Origin: Spirochaetia bacterium
GTDB lineage: Bacteria > Spirochaetota > Spirochaetia > CADAEX01
Length of the DNA: 64,000 bases
Direction of reading: 5' to 3'
NCBI GenBank assembly: GCA_963662265.2
Contig: CAXXHA010000036.1
Span: 153,132 to 217,131 of the forward strand
Shown: one piece after another, positions 52,039 to 61,331 of the stretch
Position numbering within the stretch: the stretch's first letter is position 1
How the letters are laid out: each line of letters begins with the position of its first letter
Notes under the pieces: generated by a model
What the model saw: only the letters and a program-made list of their open reading frames with translations
What the model was told of the DNA's origin: nothing
The model's database searches: none
Translations under genes and position numbers: made by a program

Positions 52039-52812
52039 TTATTCAGTGATATTGAAGAAATTAAGACTGTTCTGGTAGAGAATATCAGCTGTTTCTTCCA
52101 GTGAAAGTCCCCTGATTTCCGCTATGAATTCTGCAGTAGAATGCAGGTACGCAGGTTTGTTTCTTTTTCCCTTGTAGTATGAGGGAACCATGAAGGGGCT
52201 TTCTGATTCTATCAGCATCCTTTCAATAGGCATGTTTTTTGCTGTTTCATGAAGGTTTCTTGCATTTCTGTAAGTTACATTTCCCGCAAAAGAGATATAG
52301 AGATTATGTTCAAGTGCTCTTTTTGCATATTCCCAGTTTTCGGAATAACAGTGAAGAACCCCTCCCTTTGGGGGGAGTTTCTGAGAGAGTATCTGAAGAA
52401 CATCTTCTCCGGCATCCCTGTTATGGATAATTACAGGAAGATCAAGCTGTTCTGCCATTTCAAGCTGCTTAATAAATAATTCTACCTGTGAATTTTTATC
52501 GCCGAATTTCCGATAATAATCAAGACCGATTTCACCAATTGCAACTACGCGGTCATAGGTTACTCCTTCTTCGATTTTTGCCTCCCAGTCTTTTCCGGGA
52601 TGGGCAACTTCAGATGGAGATACACCTATACTATGGTAGATATTGGTTGCAGTTCTCAGGTTGTCATAGACAATGAAAAAATCATGGAGACTGTTGCATA
52701 TGCTTACTATATGTTCCACTTTTTCATGCCTTGCTTCCTGTGTTATAATAAGCTGTTCTATCGGGTCTTCATTTATTAGCCCGATATGAGCGTGAGTATC
52801 AAAGTATTTCAT
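52039..52812 (-). CDS. TatD-family hydrolase
   Basis: DTHAH, IGEIGLDY, IIHNRDA, VLHCYS. Confidence 0.93.
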   Translation of the reverse strand: MKYFDTHAHIGLINEDPIEQLIITQEARHEKVEHIVSICNSLHDFFIVYDNLRTATNIYHSIGVSPSEVAHPGKDWEAKIEEGVTYDRVVAIGEIGLDYYRKFGDKNSQVELFIKQLEMAEQLDLPVIIHNRDAGEDVLQILSQKLPPKGGVLHCYSENWEYAKRALEHNLYISFAGNVTYRNARNLHETAKNMPIERMLIESESPFMVPSYYKGKRNKPAYLHSTAEFIAEIRGLSLEETADILYQNSLNFFNITE

Positions 52813-52952
52813 GTTTACACCGTTATTTATTGAATTTGTTTATGGAATCTGTTTTTTTAAAATCAGAATATCACGATAGGTGTAAGTCGTCAACAATTAT
52901 TTGACAAATATTGTCGTGCATGATACTCTCAGTTTAAAATAGGAGTAGATTT

Positions 52953-53987
52953 GTGTCCCCCGTAAATAAATATAAAAAAGTCGAAAATAAAGTAGTCGAA
53001 ATTGTCAGCAAACAGCTGACAGCGTTTTTCGGTAAAATATCTTCAACTTTCAATAACCTTATTAATTCCGGCAAACAGCGGTTTACAGTAATGCTGATAC
53101 CTCATTCTGAAAAGAAAATATTCAACTTCAGAATTTCGGTGTTTTCACTTATTGTAATGGTGTTTCTTCTCGGATGTATGCTTACTGCCTTTGTTATTTT
53201 TACAACACAGTTCAAGGGAATGTCAGGGATGCTTGCCAACAGGACAGAGACACTTGAAAAGCAGGAGTCTGATCTTGAAATTATAAGGGACCAGATAGCA
53301 GAACTGAAAAGTGTTTCAAAGGTTTTTGAAGCATCTCTTTCAAAGACTCTGGGAACACTTGGGATTGAAAACAGTAATTTAAGCGGGGATAATAAAAAAG
53401 GATTTACAGGTTCGGATTTTGGTTCACAGGGGGGAATTTCCGATACTTCTGAAATGCTCAGGGAGCTGGAAGATCTCAAGACTTTGAGTTCGTTTCTGAA
53501 TGAATCAGTTGAATCCTTTGAAGAGATAACAGGTCTTCTTGAATCTCAGGGAGAGCTTCTTGTTGAACTTCCGACAATGTGGCCTCTGAAGAATGTAAGG
53601 GGAAGGATTACAAATTATTTCGGTCCTTCTGTTCACCCTTTTACCAGAAAATGGTATCTTCATAAGGGGCTGGACCTTGCATACAAGAGAGGAACTCCTA
53701 TTGTTGCAACTGCAAACGGAAAGGTTGTGGAAAAAGGTTATGAGCCTCTTGGATTTGGTAATTATGTAGTTATCAGACACAGGTACGGCTTTTTTACAAA
53801 ATATGCTCATCTGGATCATAAGGTATATGTGAAAGAGGGGCAGACTGTAACACAGGGGCAGATTATCGGAAGAATGGGTAATACCGGGCTTTCGACAGGA
53901 CCCCATCTTCATTATGAAGTGCGTATCGGATCACAGGTTGTGGATCCGGAGCGGTATCTTAATATAAAAAACAGGCTTGGTAAATAA
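52953..53987 (+). CDS. Membrane-anchored coiled-coil M23-family peptidase
   Basis: TM plus coiled coil; HKGLD, YAHL, STGPHLHYEV. Confidence 0.92.
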   Translation: MSPVNKYKKVENKVVEIVSKQLTAFFGKISSTFNNLINSGKQRFTVMLIPHSEKKIFNFRISVFSLIVMVFLLGCMLTAFVIFTTQFKGMSGMLANRTETLEKQESDLEIIRDQIAELKSVSKVFEASLSKTLGTLGIENSNLSGDNKKGFTGSDFGSQGGISDTSEMLRELEDLKTLSSFLNESVESFEEITGLLESQGELLVELPTMWPLKNVRGRITNYFGPSVHPFTRKWYLHKGLDLAYKRGTPIVATANGKVVEKGYEPLGFGNYVVIRHRYGFFTKYAHLDHKVYVKEGQTVTQGQIIGRMGNTGLSTGPHLHYEVRIGSQVVDPERYLNIKNRLGK

Positions 53988-54017
53988 AAAAATCTGGCTG
54001 ATTATTTGGTAGGGTAA

Positions 54018-54602
54018 TTGATGAGCAATAATCTTATTGAAGATAGAGCGTTTGTTAATTCGATTGTAGGTGAAGGGACCAGGTTTAACGGTGAACTTGA
54101 TTTAAACGGCCTATTGAGAATAGATGGTGACTTTACAGGAACAATAAAGACTACAGGCAAAGTGCTTGTAGGGAAAAACGGGCGGGCTGAGTGTACTATT
54201 AATGCAAGTACAGTTGTTGTCGGCGGTGCTGTAAAGGGGAATATCTATTCAAGCGAACGGGTTATAGTTCTCTCTTCAGGAATGATACTTGGAAATATTT
54301 ATACTCCTCGCCTCATTGTTGAGGAAGGTGTAATACTTGATGGTGAATGTGTCATTGATGAAGATTATACCAGGGATGTAAAAGGTATAAAATCGGAAGA
54401 CAGAAAAGATACAGCTGATGAAGCGGTGAAAGAGGAGGATGCAGGCAGCAGTTCGGCAGCAGAGGCAGAGAATACTGCCAGCGCTGAATCTGAAGAGGCA
54501 TCATCTGAAATTTCTGTTAATCAGAATAATAATTCATTTGATACATCGCCTCCTTCAGATAGTACAAGTGATAAGCAATCGGTCGGATACTACAACAACT
54601 GA
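54018..54602 (+). CDS. Bactofilin (polymer-forming cytoskeletal protein) with an acidic tail
   Basis: SIVGEGTRFNGEL..GLLRIDG.F.G.I...G.V.VG...GAVKGNI beta-helix pattern. Confidence 0.9.
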   Translation: MMSNNLIEDRAFVNSIVGEGTRFNGELDLNGLLRIDGDFTGTIKTTGKVLVGKNGRAECTINASTVVVGGAVKGNIYSSERVIVLSSGMILGNIYTPRLIVEEGVILDGECVIDEDYTRDVKGIKSEDRKDTADEAVKEEDAGSSSAAEAENTASAESEEASSEISVNQNNNSFDTSPPSDSTSDKQSVGYYNN

Positions 54603-54622
54603 CTGGAAATCCTGCAGCTTAA

Positions 54623-55123
54623 ATGGATAGAATAGAGTTAACAGGCTGGAAATCTCCTCTGAAAAACAAAAAGGAGAAAAAAACTTCTAGAAAAGGTGCG
54701 CTCTCTTCTTCTTCCTTTAAAGATGGGAGTTCTTCTGTTAATAATGACTTTTCCCTGTTTCTTACAAGCAGGGAAGTTGAGAATTTATCAGTTGAGCAGC
54801 TGCTTGATGATATTCATGAAGCAGGGGAACGGCTGATAGAAAAACCTTTCATCTCCTCTATCAAAGATTATAAAAAAGCGGTTAGAAAATTTATTGGTTA
54901 TATTGTTAAGCAGGCATATGATGCAGAAACCGATATTCAGTCAAGAAGATTTCTTAAAAACGGAATTCCTGTTCTGGATGAAAAGAAATGGGTAAAAGTC
55001 AAAGTTGTTGATGAGAAACTTGAAAAACTTGCATCATATATTGTGCAGAGTCAGAAGAATCAATTGACAATACTGAAAAAAATTGAGGAAATAGAAGGAA
55101 TCCTTGTTGATTTAATGGGATAA
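54623..55123 (+). CDS. YaaR/DUF327-family protein
   Basis: LLDDIHEAGERL..P...YKKAVRKF...VDEKLEKLA...IEEIEGILVDL. Confidence 0.8.
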   Translation: MDRIELTGWKSPLKNKKEKKTSRKGALSSSSFKDGSSSVNNDFSLFLTSREVENLSVEQLLDDIHEAGERLIEKPFISSIKDYKKAVRKFIGYIVKQAYDAETDIQSRRFLKNGIPVLDEKKWVKVKVVDEKLEKLASYIVQSQKNQLTILKKIEEIEGILVDLMG

Positions 55124-55127
55124 ATAT

Positions 55128-56054
55128 ATGGATGATATACTTGATGATGAAATGCTACAGGATGATGATGTATCAGAAGCGGCCAGTTCTATTGCCGATG
55201 TATCTGATCTCCCTGAGAAGCTTATAAAAATAAAATTTTTAAATTCAAGTGAAACTGAATACTGCGAATACCCTTCAGGTTTTGCGGTTAATCATGATGA
55301 TCTTGTGATTGCCTCGGGTAAATACGGGAAAGATCTTGCCAAAGTTCTGGGAAGTTATATTCTGAGAACAGAAAAAGATAAGCTCTCTGGTCTCAAAGAG
55401 GTCCAGTTTATTGTCAGGATTGCTACTGAAGATGATCTGAATAAATATGAAAATAACAAGGAGAGGGCCAGGGAGGCTTTCAGTGTCTGCCGTGAGAAAA
55501 TTGCAAAACACAGGCTGGATATGAAGCTTGTTTCGGCGCATTATCTGCTTGAAGAGCCCAAGGTGCTTTTCTTTTTTACCGCGGATGCAAGGGTGGATTT
55601 TCGTGAACTTGTAAAAGATCTTGTATCTGTTTTCAAGATGAGAATAGAGCTCCGTCAGATTGGTGTGCGTGATGAGTCGCGTGTTGTCGGGGGACTCGGT
55701 GTATGCGGAAGGGATTACTGCTGTCATGGTCTTACCGATAAGCTGAAGCCGGTATCAATTAAAATGGCAAAGGATCAGAATCTTTCTCTCAATTCAATGA
55801 AGATATCAGGTCCGTGCGGAAGGCTTTTGTGCTGTCTTTCATATGAACATGATTACTATCTTGAAGAAAGAAGGAAATTCCCCTCTGAAGGAACAAGAAT
55901 TTTTTACGAGGATAAACCCTATAAAGTAAGTGAAATAAATATTCTGTCAAGAACTGTAAAGATAGAAAACAGGGACGGATCTTATCTGCATATTTCACTT
56001 AAATATATCAAACACGATGAAAGGAATAATACATGGAAAGTGACCGGATTTTGA
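55128..56054 (+). CDS. PSP1-domain protein (RicT/YaaT-like)
   Basis: RVDFRELVKDL, RIELRQIGVRDE, CGRDYCC, KISGPCGRLLCCL.YE. Confidence 0.92.
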   Translation: MDDILDDEMLQDDDVSEAASSIADVSDLPEKLIKIKFLNSSETEYCEYPSGFAVNHDDLVIASGKYGKDLAKVLGSYILRTEKDKLSGLKEVQFIVRIATEDDLNKYENNKERAREAFSVCREKIAKHRLDMKLVSAHYLLEEPKVLFFFTADARVDFRELVKDLVSVFKMRIELRQIGVRDESRVVGGLGVCGRDYCCHGLTDKLKPVSIKMAKDQNLSLNSMKISGPCGRLLCCLSYEHDYYLEERRKFPSEGTRIFYEDKPYKVSEINILSRTVKIENRDGSYLHISLKYIKHDERNNTWKVTGF

Positions 56055-56067
56055 TCCGGTAATTATC

Positions 56068-56096
56068 TTGACACCTTTTAAAGTAGTCATTATATT
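56068..56096 (+). promoter_or_regulatory. Sigma70-type promoter upstream of the small Zn-ribbon ORF
   Basis: TTGACA-17 nt-TATATT. Confidence 0.7.
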
Positions 56097-56275
56097 CAAT
56101 CTGAATAGTTTTTATTTAAAAGTCAGAGAGAGCCCAATAACTTTCTATCAGATTCTGTTGTTCCGAATATTCAGGAACAAGGCGTTCTCCGGAAATCTGC
56201 GGCGGAAAGATTTATTTTTTTTCATCAGAAAAAATATATTCTATTGAGTTACTCTTAATATATTGGAGGATTTAT

Positions 56276-56446
56276 ATGGGACAGGTGAGTAAGAATGCCC
56301 GTGCCGGGTCAGCAACTCAGAAATTTCTTTGTCCATGCGGCGGAGAAGTTAAGATGAAAGCACTTTTTGCAGGCGGCAGAAAAAAGAATTATGCTGAATG
56401 TGATAAATGCAAGAGACAGGAAAGAAGACCAAGCGATTTTAAATAG
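56276..56446 (+). CDS. Small basic Cys4 zinc-ribbon protein (56 aa; absent from the ORF track)
   Basis: GGAGGA RBS; MGQVSKNARAGSATQKFLCPCGGEVKMKALFAGGRKKNYAECDKCKRQERRPSDFK*. Confidence 0.8.
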   Translation: MGQVSKNARAGSATQKFLCPCGGEVKMKALFAGGRKKNYAECDKCKRQERRPSDFK

Positions 56447-56597
56447 GCTGATAAAAGGATTCTGCAGCTTTAATGCGGAATTCAGTCTCTATGATATTAT
56501 GCAGCCATATTTTACTGCTGATATGACAGGATTTTCTGTTTTTTAAGCAGTAATCTGCTAAAAACATGATGTTTATGGCTGCCTGTATCTTATCATA

Positions 56598-56626
56598 TTG
56601 ACTATAGAGTTTTTATCTGTTAATTT
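56598..56626 (+). promoter_or_regulatory. Promoter of rpsT
   Basis: TTGACT-17 nt-TAATTT with an extended TG. Confidence 0.6.
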
Positions 56627-56655
56627 CGAAAAATCAAACATTAAGGAGAAGTCCA

Positions 56656-56925
56656 TTGGCTGAAAAAGGTTCTGCAGCAAAAAGACACAGACAGAGTCTC
56701 AAAAGAAGATTCCGAAACAGAACTGCTAAGAGTGAAGTAAGAACAACTATCAAGAATTTTACTTCAGCAGTTAGTTCAAATGATAAAGATGAAGCTGCAA
56801 AAGCATACAAACTTGTTGTAAAAAAAATGGATACAGCTGCTGGTAAAGGTATTTATCATAAAAATACTGTTGCAAGAAAGAAATCCAGACTTGCAAAAAT
56901 GCTCAACAGACTCAGCGCTGAATAA
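56656..56925 (+). CDS. rpsT: 30S ribosomal protein S20
   Basis: SAAKRHRQS..RR.RN...KS.VRT..K; KGIYHKNTVARKKSRL. Confidence 0.97.
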   Translation: MAEKGSAAKRHRQSLKRRFRNRTAKSEVRTTIKNFTSAVSSNDKDEAAKAYKLVVKKMDTAAGKGIYHKNTVARKKSRLAKMLNRLSAE

Positions 56926-57092
56926 TTTATAATATACCCCGTTGAAACTGATTCTTCGGGGTCTGTTTTTCTTTTGTTAATAAGCCTGACCTGTTATGCA
57001 GGTTGTTCAGGCTTGAGCTGGATACAGAAAGCTGATCAGTTTTTCTTATCAATGATAATTTTTAGGATTTCAAAGGCAGTAGGTAGAAACAA

Positions 57093-57398
57093 GTGGGTGA
57101 CAGTAAGCTGACAAAAGCTGAAATTATTGAAAATATCTATGAAAAAACCGGATTCAACAAAAAAGATATCCATGTAACTATGGATATGATATTTGAAGAA
57201 GTTAAACAGGCTTTAATTGAGGACCGGGTAGTTGAACTGCGTGGTTTCGGTACTTTTGAAATAAGAACAAGAAAGGGACGGGAAAAGGCTCATAATCCTA
57301 AAACGGGGGAAATAGTATCTGTAGGCGCTCATGGAGTTGCTGTGTTTCGTCCGGGGAAGGAGCTGAAGAATAGTGTCTGGTCTAACCGTCAGGAATAG
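57093..57398 (+). CDS. HU/IHF-family DNA-binding protein (Hbb-like)
   Basis: LTKAEII, VELRGFGTFE, NPKTGE, FRPGKELK. Confidence 0.95.
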   Translation: MGDSKLTKAEIIENIYEKTGFNKKDIHVTMDMIFEEVKQALIEDRVVELRGFGTFEIRTRKGREKAHNPKTGEIVSVGAHGVAVFRPGKELKNSVWSNRQE

Positions 57399-58968
57399 GA
57401 TTCCTCTTTTAATATCCGATATATTATTACTATCAATATCCTCAGTATTATTTGCGCTTTCTTTTCCCTCATTTATTATTCAGTCGGGAATCCCTTTTTT
57501 GGCTTTTTTTTCACTCATTCCTCTTTTTATTGTTATTCAGCGGATGAGCTGGTTAACAGCACCTCTTTACGGACTTTTTTTCGGGGTCCTTTCATATGGA
57601 TTGTTTAATTACTGGCTTGCAAGTTTTCATCCCATTACAATATTTATAATCCCCCTGCTTTATGCTTTTTATTATTTCATACTGTTCCCTATAATGAAGC
57701 TTGCTGTAAGGCTTTTTCCCCGTTCAAACTGGTTGGTGCTTGCTGTTCTCTGGACAGCTTACGAGTATCTGAGGACCAGGGGGTTTCTGGGCTATTCTTA
57801 CGGTGTTATCGGTTATTCACAGTATCTTGTTACCCCCCTTGTAAGGCTTTCCTCCCTGACAGGTGTATGGGGAGTGTCTTTTCTTGTTGTGCTTCCTTCA
57901 GCTTTTCTCGGTTATGTTTTCAGCATGGGAAGGATCAGTTTCAGGGAATTTTTCAAGAGATACAGAATTCATTCAGCAGTTTATTTTACAGTTATTGTTA
58001 CAGTTATTGTTGCAGGTTTTGTTACCAGGGTTGATTACAGCGGTTCACGGCAGTGGAAAGTTGCAATGATTCAGCAGAACATAGATCCCTGGCAGGGGGG
58101 TATGAAAACATACTCCGAATCACTTAAAAGGCTTATAAGGCAAAGTGATATTGCATTGAGGGAAGATCCGGACATTGTTGTATGGTCGGAAACATCTTTT
58201 GTTCCTGCCATAGAGTGGCATACAAGGTACAGAACTGACCAGGATACATACAGAATTGTAAAAAAGCTGAAAGATTACCTGTCAGAACAGGATGTTCCTT
58301 TTGTTGTGGGAAATGATGACGGTCAGCTTGCTGCAGACGAAAATGGAAATTCCGTGAGAATTGATTATAATGCTTCGCTTCTTTTTGAAAAGGGAGAGAT
58401 GAAAAACAGGTACAGAAAAACTCATCTGGTTCCATTTACAGAACATTTTCCCTATAAAAAGCAGTTCCCCTGGATGTATACTCTTCTTGAAAATCTTGAC
58501 ACCCATTTCTGGGAAAAGGGTGATGAATATACAGTTTTTGAAAATAATGGTGTGAAATTTTCGACTCCGATCTGTTTTGAAGATACTTTCGGATATCTAT
58601 CCAGGAAATTCATAAACAGCGGTGCTGAGGTTATTGTAAACATGACAAATGATTCATGGTCCGGGTCAGTAGCCTCTGAAGTTCAGCATATGATGCATGC
58701 AGTCTTCCGTGCCGCGGAAAACAGGCGCAGTGTAATCAGAAGCACTAACGGAGGTATCACATGTGTAATAGATCCGAACGGAGTTATAACAGAAAGGATT
58801 GATCCGTTTATTGAAGGTTACCTGGTCGCCGATGTTCCTGTATATACTGATACTGGAACATTGTATACAAAGCACGGAGACTGGTTCGGAATTGCAGCTG
58901 TAGTGATTTCTCTGCTTCTGCTTGTTTCAGGTGGTATAAAAGCCCTGGTAAATAAAAAAACAGCCTGA
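57373..58968 (+). CDS. lnt: Apolipoprotein N-acyltransferase
   Basis: Multiple TMs; WSETS, KTHLVPFTE, ICFED, TNDSW, RSTNGG. Confidence 0.95.
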   Translation: MSGLTVRNRIPLLISDILLLSISSVLFALSFPSFIIQSGIPFLAFFSLIPLFIVIQRMSWLTAPLYGLFFGVLSYGLFNYWLASFHPITIFIIPLLYAFYYFILFPIMKLAVRLFPRSNWLVLAVLWTAYEYLRTRGFLGYSYGVIGYSQYLVTPLVRLSSLTGVWGVSFLVVLPSAFLGYVFSMGRISFREFFKRYRIHSAVYFTVIVTVIVAGFVTRVDYSGSRQWKVAMIQQNIDPWQGGMKTYSESLKRLIRQSDIALREDPDIVVWSETSFVPAIEWHTRYRTDQDTYRIVKKLKDYLSEQDVPFVVGNDDGQLAADENGNSVRIDYNASLLFEKGEMKNRYRKTHLVPFTEHFPYKKQFPWMYTLLENLDTHFWEKGDEYTVFENNGVKFSTPICFEDTFGYLSRKFINSGAEVIVNMTNDSWSGSVASEVQHMMHAVFRAAENRRSVIRSTNGGITCVIDPNGVITERIDPFIEGYLVADVPVYTDTGTLYTKHGDWFGIAAVVISLLLLVSGGIKALVNKKTA

Positions 58969-59067
58969 TTGCTGCTTCTGAAAAAAGGGGCAGGGGGCTG
59001 GTTTAAAGAAGCAATTGACAACCGGGTGGAAGTATAGGAAAATACTATAAGTCGGATTTTATTACAT

Positions 59068-59805
59068 ATGTATGACAAGGATAGATTTATTATGGAGAAA
59101 AGACGTAGAATACTGGTTGCATCTTCAGATGAGGTAAACCGGGAATTTTTTGAAATAATGTTTGATAAACTCGGATTTGATGTTGAACTTGCATCAAACG
59201 GAGAAGCTGTCCTTGATATTATACAGGCAGACAGACCTGATATCATGATTCTGGATAGTGATATGCCTTATATGTCAGGTTTTGAAGTGACAAAACTGAT
59301 AAAAAAAGATACAGAGTATGCGGAATTCAGCGATATACCAGTAATAATGCTGTCTGATATGGATAATCCTGAAGATGTTATTGAAGGTTTTAATATTGGT
59401 GTTGAAGATTTTATCAGGAAGCCTTTCAGTTTTGCTGTAGTATACGCAAGACTCAAGTCAGCATTGAGAAACAGGGATCTTGCAAGCAGGAAGTTTCATA
59501 AGGATGAGGTATTAAAAGTCCTTGATTCCCTTAACAATACCCTGGATTTTCTCAGGCAGCATATTGAAGTTCCTGTTGTAAATTTGAACTCTGTTATAAC
59601 AGAAATAGAAAATAACGGTTGCGACAATAAGGAAGATTTTCTATCTGTTATCAGGGATAATACAAAGCAGATGACTGCGGCTATAGAAAGTATATCAGAA
59701 GAAATAAGTGAACTTGAAAAAACAAAAGACAAGATGCAGGATCTGGAATTCGATATTTCCGATTTAGAGGAAAAATATAAAAGCCATCTTGCAGAGGCTA
59801 AATAA
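59068..59805 (+). CDS. Response regulator (receiver plus helical C-terminal domain)
   Basis: PDIMILDSDMPYMSGFE, PVIMLS, DFIRKPF. Confidence 0.85.
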   Translation: MYDKDRFIMEKRRRILVASSDEVNREFFEIMFDKLGFDVELASNGEAVLDIIQADRPDIMILDSDMPYMSGFEVTKLIKKDTEYAEFSDIPVIMLSDMDNPEDVIEGFNIGVEDFIRKPFSFAVVYARLKSALRNRDLASRKFHKDEVLKVLDSLNNTLDFLRQHIEVPVVNLNSVITEIENNGCDNKEDFLSVIRDNTKQMTAAIESISEEISELEKTKDKMQDLEFDISDLEEKYKSHLAEAK

Positions 59806-59817
59806 CAGGAGAAGGTT

Positions 59818-60039
59818 ATGGTTTCCGCAGAAAAACTAAAAGCTGTTGAGCTTTTTTCAGAGGGGCGAAAATATTATAAACTGATGCAGTTTGAAGATGC
59901 TAAAAACTGTTTTCAGAAAGCTCTTGATGTGTGTGGTGATGACGGGCCTTCGCAGGTTTACCTTGAAAGATGTGAATATTATATAGAAAATCCGCCTCCC
60001 GAAGACTGGGACGGCGTATATGTGATGACAACAAAGTAA
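59818..60039 (+). CDS. Small TPR-like protein resembling adenylate-cyclase C-terminal tails
   Basis: F.EG..YY...FEDA...FQKAL...DGPS..YLERC...PPEDWDGV..MTTK. Confidence 0.75.
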   Translation: MVSAEKLKAVELFSEGRKYYKLMQFEDAKNCFQKALDVCGDDGPSQVYLERCEYYIENPPPEDWDGVYVMTTK

Positions 60040-60053
60040 AAAGCAGGAAAATT

Positions 60054-60468
60054 ATGGCAAAGAATAATGATATCAAAGGGATTGAAAGAATTAGTACAAC
60101 TCTGGGGAAAGAAACAGTTTTCAAGGGAACAATGAAAGTTTTCAGAATCACTGAAAATTGACGGAAATTTTGAAGGCGATATAGAATCACCCGGTTTTCT
60201 CTATATAGAAGAGGGCGCACAGGTCAGGGCAGATATAAAAGTCCGTGCAGTTGTTGTCGGCGGTGTTGTCCATGGAAATATCACAGCTTCTGAAAAACTT
60301 GAAATGCTTTCAACCGGACAGGTTTACGGAAATATCAGAACAGCCAAGCTGAGAATAGCAGACGGCGTTGTTTTTGACGGCAGATGTGAAATGATTAAGG
60401 GTGATTCTGAAATCAATGTTTTTTCAGATACAGTGGAAAAGCTTAAAGATACAATTCATACTGTTTGA
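60054..60468 (+). pseudogene. Second bactofilin, one frameshift near 60135
   Basis: TTLGKETVFKGTM|KFSESLKIDGNFEGDI...VVVGGVVHGNI...GQVYGNIRT...VFDGRCEM. Confidence 0.85.
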
Positions 60469-61202
60469 TGTATACTGAATGCTGCAGAATATTTGTTCTT
60501 GAAAAAGATTACATAGAAGATATTGTAAAAAAATACTCAAAAGAAAATCTTTTTCTGGAAATAAATTTTTATGATTACGGTGCCCTGGTAAGGGCATCGT
60601 CGGATGATGCCGATGTTCTTGATGAATTTTTCATTTATCTTGAGCGGAATTCCGGTCTTTTTTTTCTTAAGGATTACATTGTTCCTGATTATTCACTTCC
60701 GGCTGAAGATATGGCAGGATTTTTCCTTGCAGACAGGGGGCTTACTGCTGTTACTGCAGAATCCTGCACTGGCGGGCTGATTGCCAAGAAGCTGACAGAC
60801 AGATCAGGCAGCTCTGCCTATTTCTGGGGAAGCTTTGTAACATATGACAACAGTGCGAAGATAATGCTTGGAGTCAGCAGCGGGACTATTGAAGAAAACG
60901 GAGCTGTTTCTTCAGAAACTGTACATGAAATGGCATATTCGGCGATGGGAAAGTCAGGAGCTGATATTGCTGTGTCTGTATCGGGAATTGCAGGGCCGGG
61001 AGGCGGAAGTGAAGCAAAACCGGTAGGGACTGTGTGGTTCGGGATCAGGGATGCTGAAAAAGCCTCTGAAATAAAATTCCGCTTTAAAGGCTCCAGAAAA
61101 GCAATAAGAGAAAAGGCTTCTGAGACTGCTCTGCTCCTTATTATTAAAAATATATTAAACAGGGCAGGGGTTGACAGTATTATTTGCTGTGATTATATTT
61201 AA
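60465..61202 (+). CDS. CinA C-terminal/PncC (NMN amidohydrolase) family protein
   Basis: TAESCTGGL, GSSAYF, GAVS, SGIAGPGGG, KPVGTVW. Confidence 0.9.
   Translation: MMYTECCRIFVLEKDYIEDIVKKYSKENLFLEINFYDYGALVRASSDDADVLDEFFIYLERNSGLFFLKDYIVPDYSLPAEDMAGFFLADRGLTAVTAESCTGGLIAKKLTDRSGSSAYFWGSFVTYDNSAKIMLGVSSGTIEENGAVSSETVHEMAYSAMGKSGADIAVSVSGIAGPGGGSEAKPVGTVWFGIRDAEKASEIKFRFKGSRKAIREKASETALLLIIKNILNRAGVDSIICCDYI
61171..61199 (+). promoter_or_regulatory. Promoter of rho
   Basis: TTGACA-17 nt-TATATT. Confidence 0.7.
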
Positions 61203-61331
61203 CTTAAATATAGTACTTTTAATCATATCCTGTTTTATAAATAATTCATAAAATATTTTTGTTGATCAGTTATTCTTTTCAACCGGAATTAAATAGATAA
61301 ATACAATTAAAGAGGAGATATACCCTTTTTT

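Noticed and set aside
59818-60039. Small TPR gene as a broken adenylate cyclase
   Set aside because: It has its own AGGAG RBS and start, and no cyclase remnants lie upstream, so it is treated as a stand-alone gene.
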